From assembly GCA_043811535.1 (NCBI GenBank), contig JBDRNC010000018.1, forward strand, positions 64,001 to 128,000: a stretch of 64,000 nt of DNA. Direction: 5' to 3'. The stretch is from Elusimicrobiota bacterium (GTDB lineage: Bacteria; Elusimicrobiota; Endomicrobiia; Endomicrobiales; JBDRNC01). The translations under genes were made by a program, and so were the position numbers. The notes beneath the pieces are model-generated. The model had not been told where the DNA came from. It did not search any database and worked only from the letters and a program-made list of their open reading frames with translations. Of this stretch, positions 37,867 through 48,300 are shown piece by piece; position 1 is the first letter of the stretch, and every line of letters begins with the position of its first letter.

Positions 37867-38136
37867 TCATTTCGCTTCTGTTCCCTGGATGACTTTCTCG
37901 TACTCTTTCAAAACAATCTGTTCAAGTTCGTGTCGAAACTCGTTGGTAATCGGATGAGCGATGTCCTTGAAGGTCCCGTCGTTCATCTTCCTCGAAGGCA
38001 TGCACACCATCAATCCTTTCTCGCCTTTCACAATGCGCAGGTTATGGATAACGAACACATTATCGAACGTGATGGCGGCGTAAGCCTTTAGCTTCTCTTC
38101 ACCTTTCGGGAAAATTCGCACTTCTGTGATGTTCAT
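37867..38136 (-). CDS. spoVG: SpoVG nucleic-acid-binding protein
   Basis: MNITEVRIF...LKAYAAITFD...MPSRK...FKDIAHPI; GGAGGAG RBS. Confidence 0.95.
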   Translation of the reverse strand: MNITEVRIFPKGEEKLKAYAAITFDNVFVIHNLRIVKGEKGLMVCMPSRKMNDGTFKDIAHPITNEFRHELEQIVLKEYEKVIQGTEAK

Positions 38137-38170
38137 CTCTCCTCCATCGGGGAACAATTAGCCGCTCAGC

Positions 38171-39007
38171 TCAGGAGACCGATTTTACCAACCAGACATC
38201 CCAGGAAAACTTGCTCAGTTTCTGCCTTATTCTTTCCCCTTCAGTAACCGAAGACATCGGAGCAAAGACCGTAGAACCGGAACCAGACATAAGGCACCGG
38301 CACCCCATCAGCTCCAAAGTGTCTTTGATTTCCCGTATTGCCCTATGACAGGGCAATACTGCCTCTTCCAGCCTGTTGAATATGTGCTTTCCCCATTTTT
38401 CCGGTGAAGAGCCGCCTGCCAATAACTGCTTAATTTTATGAATTTTTTGTTTGTTTGTCAATGGAAATTTAAGTTTCTTATACACCGAAGCCGTGGAGAC
38501 CGGAAACCCGGGATTTACAAGCAGAAACCAGTCCGTTTTGGACCTTTTTATTGTTTTTATCCTGTCTCCTATGCCCTTAGCCTCCGCCAAACCGCCGTAC
38601 AGGAAAAATGGGACATCCGCTCCGAGCCCCGCGGCCAGCCTGACCAGCTCTTTTTCCGAAACCTTCCTTTTCCATAGTTTCAAAAGGCCTTTTAGCGCGG
38701 CGGCCGCGTCAGACGACCCGCCCCCGAGCCCGGCTCCCATCGGGATCCTCTTTTTCAACCGGATCTCAACACCTGCAGCGACGCCGAGTCTTGTTTTCAG
38801 CAGTTCCGCGGCCCTGTATACAAGGTTTCTCTTGTCCGAACGCAGTTCCGGAATATTGCATTTCACCGTAATCCCTTCCTTTCTGCGCGAGAATCCAAGT
38901 TCGTCGTAAAGCGAAACCGTGCGGAATATGGTCTCTATGTTGTGGTAGCCGTCCGGGCGCCGGCCGGCTACTTCCAGGAACAGATTAATTTTTGCCGGGG
39001 CCAGCAT
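38171..39007 (-). CDS. ispE: 4-diphosphocytidyl-2C-methyl-D-erythritol kinase
   Basis: APAKINLFL, KRIPMGAGLGGGSSDAA, LGADVPFF, MSGSGS. The upstream in-frame extension to 39076 derives from a MITE. Confidence 0.95.
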   Translation of the reverse strand: MLAPAKINLFLEVAGRRPDGYHNIETIFRTVSLYDELGFSRRKEGITVKCNIPELRSDKRNLVYRAAELLKTRLGVAAGVEIRLKKRIPMGAGLGGGSSDAAAALKGLLKLWKRKVSEKELVRLAAGLGADVPFFLYGGLAEAKGIGDRIKTIKRSKTDWFLLVNPGFPVSTASVYKKLKFPLTNKQKIHKIKQLLAGGSSPEKWGKHIFNRLEEAVLPCHRAIREIKDTLELMGCRCLMSGSGSTVFAPMSSVTEGERIRQKLSKFSWDVWLVKSVS

Positions 39008-39012
39008 CTTCA

Positions 39013-39135
39013 CCCCGTTAGAGACGGGCCGCTTTTTAGCGGCCCCGTGAAAAATAATTTTGTCTTTACGAATCATAATTAAATACTGAATATCCCAATA
39101 TTATCTAAATGACTCTTTATGCGTCTCTAACGGGG
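39013..39135. mobile_element. MITE-like element (TIR CCCCGTTAGAGAC), 123 bp
   Basis: Terminal inverted repeats flanked by TCA/TGA; supplies the TAG stop of the TPR gene. Confidence 0.75.
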
Positions 39136-41382
39136 TGAATCCGTCTTATTCTCCTGAGGGTTAATTTCAAAGATACCGTTGTCCAGTTCTTCGTTAAGGA
39201 TATATTGCCGGAATTTCATTTTTGCGGATGATTTTTCCGCCCTGATAAAGATGTCCATTTCAGCGGGCAGGTAGATCCCCTCTACTCTTGAGTACTTGCC
39301 GAATTTAACAACCGCGCTTTTATCGCTGTATTCTGAAACAAAACCGTTGCTGCTGTCGATGACCAGCGTTCTCCCGCCTAAAGAATAGATTATCCTTTTG
39401 TTTTTCTTTTCCGAAACCGTCTGGTCCGAATCGAACGATTCCAGCAGGTCAGCGTTGAAATATCCGCTTATCTTGTCAAAAAGCGGCATCGCGCGGGCGT
39501 CGATGTCTTTGCTGAGAGCTTCGGGGAATATTTTTACTACGTCTTTCCGTATTATGACCATTTTCGGGGCAAAAAAACTTCCAAGCACGTCTATGCGCCA
39601 CTCCCCGGGACGCAGATACGTAAAAGTCCCTAAAGAATGGATATTGTTGGAGGATATCACGCCGGCGAGCGAGAAATTGAACCTGAGTGTCCTTACCTGG
39701 AGCAGGTTGCCGACGGCGCGCTTGAGCAGTTTGCGCTGGATGGTTTTCGGCATAACCAGCGATTCCATCTTTTTGAGCTTTTCGGAGAGTTTTTTGTTCT
39801 TTGGATCATTGAAGTAGGCGCTCTGATAGGCATCCCACGCCTCGGCGTTCTTGTCGAGCTTGACAAGCGCGTCTCCGTAATGTTCAAAGATAATCGGGTC
39901 GTTATTGTTCTCGGAAGCAGTTTTGAGCAGTTTTTCAGCCCCCGCGTAATCGCCTTTTTTGTAATAAACCCACCCGAGCGAATCCTGAAACGCGGAATTG
40001 GTCGTGTCCAGCGCCAGCGCTCTCTTTATCAGGCCTTCAGCCTTGTCCAGCTCCTTGTCCCTGTCGGCCAGCGAATAACCGAGGTAATTCAGCGCCGTAG
40101 CGAAATCCGGTTTCAGTTCGACGGCTTTTTCCAGCCGCGGGACCGCTTTGTCAAATTTTCCCGTAAGATCGTATATAATGCCCAGCTGGAAATGCGCCTC
40201 AGCGATGTCGGGCTTGAGTTCCACGGCCCTGGCAATATTCTTTTCCGCGTCCTTGTATTGCCTGGTGTCCATGTAATTCAACCCGAGCAGGAAATACCCG
40301 TATGTATTGTTAGGGTCGATTTCAAGGGATTTTTTAAGGCATCTGACGGAGTTCTTGTAGTCCTTTCTTACGGAATAAAGATAACCCAGTTTTGAGAAAA
40401 TAATCGCGTTCTCGGTTTCCCGGGAAAAAAGCTCGAAATACTTTATCGCGGAATCCGTGTCCTTTTTCTCTTCCGAAACTACCCCGAGCCAGTAATTTAT
40501 GGTATTATCCTTAGGATTCAGATCTCTCGCTTTCAGGAACATTTCAACGGAAGAATCGAATTTTTTCAGCTCGTAATAGAGCCCGGCAAGATGCACAGCG
40601 ACCGCGGAATTTTTGGGGTCAAGCGTCATGAATTTGTCATATTGCTCAACGGCCTCGTCGAATTTTCTCTGCTTTTCATAATTTTCAGCCAGAGCCAGGC
40701 GCGCGAAGAGATTTTCGGGCGCCAGCGCCACCGCTTTTCCGAACGAAACCTGCGCATTTTCGATCTGCCCCAGTTTTTGCTGCGTTACGCCCATCTGCTG
40801 CCAGCCGTCCGCGTAGCCGGGCTGCCGCTTTATGTAGTCATCCCAGTATTCAAGTGATTTTTCCGGGTCATTTTCCGTGTGATAGAACGCAAGGTACAGC
40901 AGGGCCGTTTCGTTGCCGGGGTCAAGCTTAAGGACTTTTTCCAGCGATTCTTTGGCCGCGGCGGCTTTTCCGGTCATGACATAGAAACTTCCGAGAAAAA
41001 GCTGGGCGGAAACATCTTCGCCCTCCAGCTCCTTCAGTTTATCGGCGGCGGCAAAAGAGTCTTCGGCTTTCCCCATCTGCCAGTAAAGCAGGGCAAGATC
41101 GCGGTAGACCACTGCGGCATTATTGTCAATATCAATAACATGCTTGTATTCGGCCAGGGCCGATTCAAAATCCCCGCCGCGCTGCGCCACAAGAGCCCTC
41201 GCGTACGACTGATACGCGTCCAATGGAACCGCAAACGCGGATTGGACGCAGATAAAGGCGCAGATTAGCGCGGGCAGCATAAAGTTAAGCGCCCTATTCA
41301 CCCCGTTAGAGACAGGCCGCACTCGTGCGGCCGCGATATCTCCGGCTCTTTTGGCAGTGTTTGCGCTCTTATCATTCATCAT
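39127..41382 (-). CDS. Exported multi-TPR protein with a C-terminal LolA/LolB-like beta domain
   Basis: Many TPRs including ALNYLGYSLAD and DSLGWVYYK. True start probably near 41300; the N-terminal ~28 aa derive from a MITE. Confidence 0.8.
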   Translation of the reverse strand: MMNDKSANTAKRAGDIAAARVRPVSNGVNRALNFMLPALICAFICVQSAFAVPLDAYQSYARALVAQRGGDFESALAEYKHVIDIDNNAAVVYRDLALLYWQMGKAEDSFAAADKLKELEGEDVSAQLFLGSFYVMTGKAAAAKESLEKVLKLDPGNETALLYLAFYHTENDPEKSLEYWDDYIKRQPGYADGWQQMGVTQQKLGQIENAQVSFGKAVALAPENLFARLALAENYEKQRKFDEAVEQYDKFMTLDPKNSAVAVHLAGLYYELKKFDSSVEMFLKARDLNPKDNTINYWLGVVSEEKKDTDSAIKYFELFSRETENAIIFSKLGYLYSVRKDYKNSVRCLKKSLEIDPNNTYGYFLLGLNYMDTRQYKDAEKNIARAVELKPDIAEAHFQLGIIYDLTGKFDKAVPRLEKAVELKPDFATALNYLGYSLADRDKELDKAEGLIKRALALDTTNSAFQDSLGWVYYKKGDYAGAEKLLKTASENNNDPIIFEHYGDALVKLDKNAEAWDAYQSAYFNDPKNKKLSEKLKKMESLVMPKTIQRKLLKRAVGNLLQVRTLRFNFSLAGVISSNNIHSLGTFTYLRPGEWRIDVLGSFFAPKMVIIRKDVVKIFPEALSKDIDARAMPLFDKISGYFNADLLESFDSDQTVSEKKNKRIIYSLGGRTLVIDSSNGFVSEYSDKSAVVKFGKYSRVEGIYLPAEMDIFIRAEKSSAKMKFRQYILNEELDNGIFEINPQENKTDSPR

Positions 41383-41547
41383 AATTTGTGATTTCCCTTA
41401 TAACTCTGTGTCTCTACCGGGGTCACCCCGTTAGAGACAGGCCGCACTCGGGCGGCCGCTACATCTCCGGCTCTTTTGGCAGTGTTTGCGCTCTTATCAT
41501 TCATCATAATGTGTGATTTCCCTTATGCTTCTGTGTCTCTAACGGGG
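41301..41547. mobile_element. Tandem dimer of a 122-bp MITE (41301-41422, 41426-41547), separated and flanked by TCA
   Basis: Near-identical copies with TIRs CCCCGTTAGAGAC/GTCTCTAACGGGG and TCA at 41298, 41423 and 41548. Confidence 0.85.
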
Positions 41548-41981
41548 TCAAGGATTTTCTCCATAAGTATGGCGTCTTCGTCGACATAATAATTCTTTCT
41601 GATTCCGTTATTCCTGAATCCTATTTTTTCATAGAGCGCCAGCGCGGACAGGTTACTGCGTCTCACCTCAAGCAGGATCTTAGTTATCCCCTGGCCGCGC
41701 ATTATCGGCATGATGTGGTCAATGATCCTGCCGGCTATGCCCTGTCTCCTGAAATCCGGATGAACCGCGAGATTCACGAGATGCGCTTCGTCAGCAACCC
41801 ACCAGTACCCGCCGTAGCCCACAATGTTGTTATCGTTTTTCGCGATAAAAAACTTTGAGATCGAAAGACAGATCTCGCGCTCGAACATCCCCCTTATCCA
41901 TGGCTGTTTGAACGATCTGTTCTCTATATCAACGACATCGTCCAGGTGTTCTATTTTCAGTTTCTCGAAATGAAGTTCCAT
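41523..41981 (-). CDS. rimI: Ribosomal protein S18 alanine N-acetyltransferase
   Basis: EAHLVNLAVHPDFRRQGIA, LEVRRSN, RKNYY..EDAILM. C-terminal PVRDTEA comes from the MITE. Confidence 0.9.
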   Translation of the reverse strand: MELHFEKLKIEHLDDVVDIENRSFKQPWIRGMFEREICLSISKFFIAKNDNNIVGYGGYWWVADEAHLVNLAVHPDFRRQGIAGRIIDHIMPIMRGQGITKILLEVRRSNLSALALYEKIGFRNNGIRKNYYVDEDAILMEKILDPVRDTEA

Positions 41982-42131
41982 GCTTTTAAAACAGTTAAAT
42001 GTTTTAAGTTAAATGTTAAATGTAGACAACAAAGAAAAAAACTGCTTCATAATACGGTTTATGGTTAAATGTTTGAAAGTTGCAGGTTAAGAAAATAATC
42101 TACAATGCCGTTAACTTTTAACATTAAACAT

Positions 42132-43067
42132 TCAACATTTAACAAGTTGTACTGCCGTTTTAATCGCTTCTACCATCTGGCCCGGGTCGGCGCAATTCTT
42201 TCCCGCTATGTCAAAACCCGTGCCGTGGCCGGGAGAAGTCCTCACGAACGGCAGACCCGCGGTAATGTTTACGACTTTTTCCGGAGCAACGCACTTCAGC
42301 CCTATCATCACCTGGTCGTGGTACATCATGACAGCCAGGTCGAATTCCTTCTTAATAAGTTTCACCCACAGGCTGTCAGCCGGCATAGGCCCTTCTACAT
42401 TGCAGCCTTTCGTTTTCAACAGCCTCACCGCCGGAACTATGACGCCGTTCTCTTCCTTTCCCAGCATCCCGCCTTCCCCTGCATGCGGGTTCAGCGAACT
42501 CACCGCGACGCGCGGCTCGGCAATCCTGTATTTTAATCTGACAAACTCCGCGGACAACAGCACGGTCTCGGAAATATTTTCAACGCTGAGATTTTTCCCT
42601 GTTTCCGAAAGCGGCATATGCCTGGTCACCATTGCCGCGCGCAGGCGCCCGGCGATCATCATCATAACAAACTTGCTTGTTCCTGTAAGCGAAGCAAGCA
42701 GTTCGGTGTGTCCCGGGTAAGGCACGCCCGCCAGCATGAAAGCGGCTTTTGATACCGGCGCCGTAACCAGCGCGTCCGCGTATCCGGATCTTACAAGGTC
42801 CACGGCGCGAAGAATGTATTCGTACGCTGCGCGGCCCGATGTGGCGGAGTTCCTGCCGGCAATAACTTTGGAGGAATCAACGCCTATATCTATAAAGTTC
42901 TTTTTCGCAAGTATCTTGGGTATTCCGGCCGGAAAGAATACCTTGCTGCCGATCACAACAGGACGGCAAATCTTGCTGATTGAGGGATTTGACAGGGCTT
43001 TGGCGGTTATTTCCGGGCCGATGCCCGCAGGATCGCCTATGGTAATGGCAATTGTAGGAAGGGACAT
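42132..43067 (-). CDS. pdxA: 4-hydroxythreonine-4-phosphate dehydrogenase family
   Basis: GDPAGIGPE, PGHTE, LNPHAGE, MYHDQ, GLPFVRTSP.HGT.FDIAG. Confidence 0.92.
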   Translation of the reverse strand: MSLPTIAITIGDPAGIGPEITAKALSNPSISKICRPVVIGSKVFFPAGIPKILAKKNFIDIGVDSSKVIAGRNSATSGRAAYEYILRAVDLVRSGYADALVTAPVSKAAFMLAGVPYPGHTELLASLTGTSKFVMMMIAGRLRAAMVTRHMPLSETGKNLSVENISETVLLSAEFVRLKYRIAEPRVAVSSLNPHAGEGGMLGKEENGVIVPAVRLLKTKGCNVEGPMPADSLWVKLIKKEFDLAVMMYHDQVMIGLKCVAPEKVVNITAGLPFVRTSPGHGTGFDIAGKNCADPGQMVEAIKTAVQLVKC

Positions 43068-43156
43068 ATTTATTACAAATTACAAATTACAAATTCCAGA
43101 TTCATGACTCTAAGCCGTTAATTTGTAATCTGTAATCTGAAATCTATAATTAGTCT

Positions 43157-44212
43157 TTATTCCGTTATCGGGCTCATCTTGATAGCAGCTTTCGCTCTCA
43201 GAGATTTGACCCATTCGTCGTATTTTGCCTGCTGGTTCTTCTTGAGGAGTATTCCCTTCAGATCGTTTGCGACTTCTTCATACGGGACTTTGCGGGCGGC
43301 TTTCTTTTCGTCTACCTTAATGATGTGCCAGCCGAAATCAGTCAGCACCGGTTCGGAAAACTTTCCCACATTGAGATCATACACGACCTTAACGAATTCC
43401 TTGGGATATCTTTCGTCATCCTTAGTAATGAAACCGAGCTGCCCGCCCATTTCCTTCGAATAAGCGTCATCGGAACTGGATTTGACCAGATCATCAAACT
43501 CCGCCCCTTTTTTCAGGTCCGCGTAAACACTCTTTGCTTTTTTCTGCGCGGCAGTTTTTTCCTGCATTGACGCTTCCTTTGTCACGGACACAAGTATATG
43601 CCTGACTTTGACAAGTTCGGACGACATCTGTTTCATGATCTTGGCAAGTTGATCTACCGACTCTTCCTCTTTTTTCTCAAGCCCGAGTTCCTTTCCTTCC
43701 ATTTTTTCCGTGATATGCTTATACAATGCCTTGGTCTGCTCTTCCGTGGGCATCGGGACAGCGTCGGCGACTTCCTGCCTTGCGAGCTTCATCGCCATCA
43801 TTTCCTCTTCCACTTTCTTTTCGAACTGCGTCTGTGTCATATTCTCTTTCTTGAGCTCCGCCTGGAATTCCGCCTCGGTCCTGTAGCCCGATTTAAACTG
43901 CTTTATATAATCCTCTATCTCGCGTTTTGAGACCCGGATCTTTCTCTTAGCCGCTTCCTGTTTTAGAAGCTTATTGTCCACCATCATTTCCAGCAGGTTC
44001 TGCTTGAGTTCAATAAGCTTCTCCAACGTCTGTTCGGCCACGGGGGTCGCCTTTTTCCATTGATCAACAACCGGAGCTATCGTATTTCTAAACTCCGATT
44101 CCAGTATCGGCTCTCCATTGACGATCGCCTGTGTTTTATCTATTACTTTAGCGAAAACCAGTGACGTGATGAGCAAGATAGGGACAATAACAAGACCTCT
44201 GAATTTAAGCAT
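43157..44212 (-). CDS. SurA-like chaperone / parvulin PPIase
   Basis: IDKTQAIVNGEPIL SurA N-domain, VRHILV, GGQLGF, GWHIIKV; upstream of pdxA. Confidence 0.85.
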   Translation of the reverse strand: MLKFRGLVIVPILLITSLVFAKVIDKTQAIVNGEPILESEFRNTIAPVVDQWKKATPVAEQTLEKLIELKQNLLEMMVDNKLLKQEAAKRKIRVSKREIEDYIKQFKSGYRTEAEFQAELKKENMTQTQFEKKVEEEMMAMKLARQEVADAVPMPTEEQTKALYKHITEKMEGKELGLEKKEEESVDQLAKIMKQMSSELVKVRHILVSVTKEASMQEKTAAQKKAKSVYADLKKGAEFDDLVKSSSDDAYSKEMGGQLGFITKDDERYPKEFVKVVYDLNVGKFSEPVLTDFGWHIIKVDEKKAARKVPYEEVANDLKGILLKKNQQAKYDEWVKSLRAKAAIKMSPITE

Positions 44213-44299
44213 TACCTTTCTCCTTTTAACACCTTATTACAGATTACACATTACAAATTAACAGCACAAAATATGTAATCTGTAATCGTAAATTTGTAA

Positions 44300-45202
44300 T
44301 TATTTCTCCTGCGCCTGGCCGTTCATGAACTGCATCGGCATCTGCGCGGGTTCCGGCTGTATCTTGGAAATCAATTCGTATTTCACGTTTACGTTGAATT
44401 TCTTCTTCGCGCTATCTATCCAGTTGTCGAATTTAGTTTTTTCAAGTATCTTCCTGATATCCGCCTTGGATTGCTCGACTGTGAGCGCGGAAAGCGGCTT
44501 TTCCGTAAGTTTCTGGACGATGTGGTACCCGTACTGCGTCTTCACCACTTCCGAAAGCTTGCCCGGCTTGAGAGCGAAAACCGCCTTCTCGAAATCCGGA
44601 ACAAGTTCACCCTTGCGGAACGGGCCTATCTTGCCTCCGCTCATCGCGGACCCGGAGTCGGTCGATATCTCCTCGGCCATCTTTCCGAAATCCGCGCCGG
44701 CTTTCAATCTCGCCAGCGCTTTTTCGGCCTCTTCCTGAGAAGAGAGCAGTATGTGCCTCGCGGTCACTTCCACGGGTTTGAGAAAATCTTTTTTATTCTC
44801 TTCGTAATATCCGTTTATCTCGGCTTCCGTGGGCGTCAGCTCTTTGTCGTAAAGGTCGCGGATGAACATTTCCATCAGCATGCCTTCTTCGTATTCCCTG
44901 GCTCTCTTTGCCTGGTCGAGCTTGAACTTTGCCAGCATCTTCTTATATTCGTCTTTCCTGGCTATACCGGCCTTGTGCGCGGCCTCAAGCACAATTTTTT
45001 CGCGAACCATAAGGTCTAGGAACTGTTTCTTGCCGGCGTCGGTGCTGAGGAAACTCCTGTACGCGGGAGGCGAATCATTGAGCCTTTCCTGGAAGGATTT
45101 TACTGTGATCTTGGCCTTGCCGGCTTTGGCTATAACGTTGTCTCCCGAACACCCCGCAAGCAAAAACGCGGTTCCAACTAAAAAATAAACAGCTTTTTTC
45201 AT
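44300..45202 (-). CDS. PrsA/PpiC-type parvulin PPIase lipoprotein
   Basis: Lipobox LAGC, ARHILL, GGKIGPF, VKTQYGYHIV. Confidence 0.88.
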   Translation of the reverse strand: MKKAVYFLVGTAFLLAGCSGDNVIAKAGKAKITVKSFQERLNDSPPAYRSFLSTDAGKKQFLDLMVREKIVLEAAHKAGIARKDEYKKMLAKFKLDQAKRAREYEEGMLMEMFIRDLYDKELTPTEAEINGYYEENKKDFLKPVEVTARHILLSSQEEAEKALARLKAGADFGKMAEEISTDSGSAMSGGKIGPFRKGELVPDFEKAVFALKPGKLSEVVKTQYGYHIVQKLTEKPLSALTVEQSKADIRKILEKTKFDNWIDSAKKKFNVNVKYELISKIQPEPAQMPMQFMNGQAQEK

Positions 45203-45224
45203 TGAATTTCTCCTTTATAACGAC

Positions 45225-45302
45225 GATTACACAGATTTTGAACTACGATTCCACGGATTTTAACGACTATTACACTGATTTCCAACAAAGATTACACTGA
45301 TT
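45225..45302. repeat. Four spaced copies of GATTACACWGATT-like 13-mers (period 21-22 bp)
   Basis: Copies at 45225, 45247, 45268 and 45290. Confidence 0.7.
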
Positions 45303-45333
45303 ATTAATGCAGGTTTTAGGATAATCCATGCGG

Positions 45334-48300
45334 TCAGTATTTTGGGATTATAACATATTCTTTGAATTTTAACAAGAATCTTTTTAAATATTCAAAGGCA
45401 TTTTGCGCCGGTTTTTCCTTTTTAAGCCTTACCCCCTGCTGCTCGCCGCGTATGAATTCCAGCGTTTCGCTGAAATCCCTTGCCAATGCCGCTATTTTTT
45501 CGGCCGTAAAACCTATCCTGTCCGAAAAGTACACTTCAAAATGGTCCTGCTTCTCGGATATACCCTTGATCTTCAATTTTTCCGCGATAACCCGGAGCTC
45601 CGCTATCCTGAAAAGGTTCTCGGCGGGGTCCGGGATTCTGCCGAACCTGTCCTCAAGTTCGTCCCTGACCGCATCAAATTCCGGCGCGGACGCGACGGCG
45701 GCGAGTTTTCTGTAAAAGATGATGCGCAGCTCTTCGGATTCCATGTATTCCGGCGGGAACAGGGCGGGCACGGAGAAATCCATCGTGGCCTTGAACTCTT
45801 CCTCCGGCTCCGGCCTCTCGCCCTTAATGCCCTTGCTGGCCTCCTCTATGAGCCTGCTGTAAAGCTCGAATCCGATCTCCCTGACAAATCCGTGCTGCTC
45901 CCTGCCGAGTATGTTGCCCGCGCCGCGTATCTCAAGGTCGCGCAGTGAAAGCCTGAATCCCGAGCCGAGCTCTCCGAATTCCTGAAGCGATTCCAGCCGC
46001 TTTTCGGCGTCCGATTTCAGCAGCGATTTGGTGTAAAACAGGTAGCAGTAGGCCTTCTGTTTTTCGCGGCCGATGCGCCCCCTAAGCTGGTACAACTGCG
46101 CCAGCCCGAAGTTCTCGGCCTCTTCCACCACCATCGTGTTTGCCGAAGGTATATCCAGCCCGGATTCTATTATGGTTGAGGCGACCAGCACGTCAATCTT
46201 CCTGTGCATGAAATCCCACATGGCTTTTTCTATCTGCGCGGCCGGGAGCTGGCCGTGGACTATGCCGAACTTTACATCGGGCATGAGCTTTTTCAGGTAC
46301 GCGACGCGCGAAAGTATGGTCTCAACGCGGTTGTAAACATAGAAGACCTGCCCGCCGCGCGATATCTCCGCCTGTATGATTTTCTTCACTACGCGCTCGT
46401 CGTAAAGGCCAAGGTGCGTTTCTATGGGCAGGCGTCCCGCGGGCGGCGTCTCAATGACTGAAAGGTCCCTTAGGTTGGCCAGCGCGAACGCGAGCGTGCG
46501 CGGGATGGGCGTCGCGGACAGCAGGAGGACCTCTATGTTTTTCTTCAGCGCCTTTATCTTTTCTTTTTCTTTCACGCCGAACCGGTGCTCCTCGTCGATA
46601 ATAAGCAGGCCGAGGTCCTTAAACGATATATCTTTCTGGATGAGCCTGTGCGTACCGATGACAATGTCCACCAACCCGTTTTTAATATCAGCTACTGTCT
46701 TTTTCTGTTCTTTCTTGCTCTGAAATCGGCTCATCATGGCGACATTCACCGGAAACGGGGCAAGCCGGTTCACGAACGTGTTATAGTGCTGTTCCGCCAG
46801 CACCGTGGTCGGCACGAGCACCGCCACCTGCTTCTCGGCTACGGCCACTTTAAACGCCGCGCGTATCGCAACCTCGGTCTTTCCGTATCCCACGTCTCCG
46901 CAGATCAGCCGTTCCATCGGCTGGGCCCTGCGCAGATCGGCCTTGACTTCCTCTATCGCTCTCAGCTGGTCCTCGGTCTCGGAATACGGGAAGGAATCCG
47001 CGAGCTCTTTCTCCCACGCCGTTTCCTCCGCGTAAGGCGTGCCGGTAACCTTGCTGCGCTCGGCGTAAAGCCTTAAAAGTTCCGCGGCCATTTTCTCGGC
47101 GCCTTCCTTGGCGCGTTTTTTCAGGCGTTCCCACGCCGCGGTGTCAAGCGAGTGCAGGCGCGGCCTGCATCCTTCTATGCCGATGTATTTCTGTACGACG
47201 CGGAAATCGTCCACGGGAACGTAGAGTTTGTCGCCGCCCCTGTACTCAACGCAGATATATTCCGCCTCCTGGTCGCCCCTGACTATTTTCTTGAGACCCA
47301 GGTACTTCCCTACGCCGTATTTTTCGTGCACGACGTAATCGTTCGGCGTGATCTCCCACAGGCCCTCAAGGCGCCTTCCGGCCTTGAATTTCGGGAAACT
47401 GACCGGCCTGCGCCTGTAAAGTATCTCCTGGCCGCTGAAAACCGCAAGTTTCCGCGAAGGCGAGTAAAAACTTTCCGCAAGCGGGCCGATATGCATTTCC
47501 GGAAGCTCGTCACGCCACTTGTTATCGTTCAATATCTCTTCAAGGCGGTCCTTCTCGCCCTGATGGGCGCAAAACACCATAAGGCTGTAATTCTGTTCCC
47601 TGAATTTTTTCAGGTCGGAGATAAACGCGGGGAAATTACCGGCCCACCTGCCCAGCGGCCTGAATCCCGCGTCAACCGGACCGGCTCCAAGCGCGCTGTT
47701 AACAAGGATTTCCCTCCCTCCCGCCGCCGAAGCAGTTTCATCGGACGGCTGAGCGTCAAAATATACCTGCGCGCCCGCGGGAAGATAATCCGCAAGCGCC
47801 GTCTCGGCCCGGGCCTTGGCCCCGTTAGAAGCAGGTCCCGCTAAAACACCATCACTACCGGCGCCCGAAGCCGTGGAACTTCTAACGGGGTGAACCGGCA
47901 ACACGCGGATTTCTTTCAGCATTTTATCGGAACGCTGCGTCGCGACGTCAAAACTGCGGATGGTTTCCACGGTATTGACGTCAAAGACTATCCTGACCGG
48001 GCTGTCCATGTCCGGCGTCCAGATGTCCAGGATTTCGCCGCGCCTGCTGAAATGGCCCCTGTCTTCCACAAAATCCTCGCGCTGGTACCCGTTGTCCGAG
48101 AGAGCGGACAGGGTTTTTTCGTAATCGCTGGTTTTTCCCAAGGAAAATACCATTGTATTTTTCTTCAAACTGTCCGGCGAAACGGTTTTCAGCGCGAAAG
48201 ATTCCGGCGTGGCAAGTACCACGCATGGAAAAGCCCCCGCGCTGAGGCGGTCCAGCGTATTTATGGATTCAAAAGGGTCGTATTGAAGGTATTTATAGAT

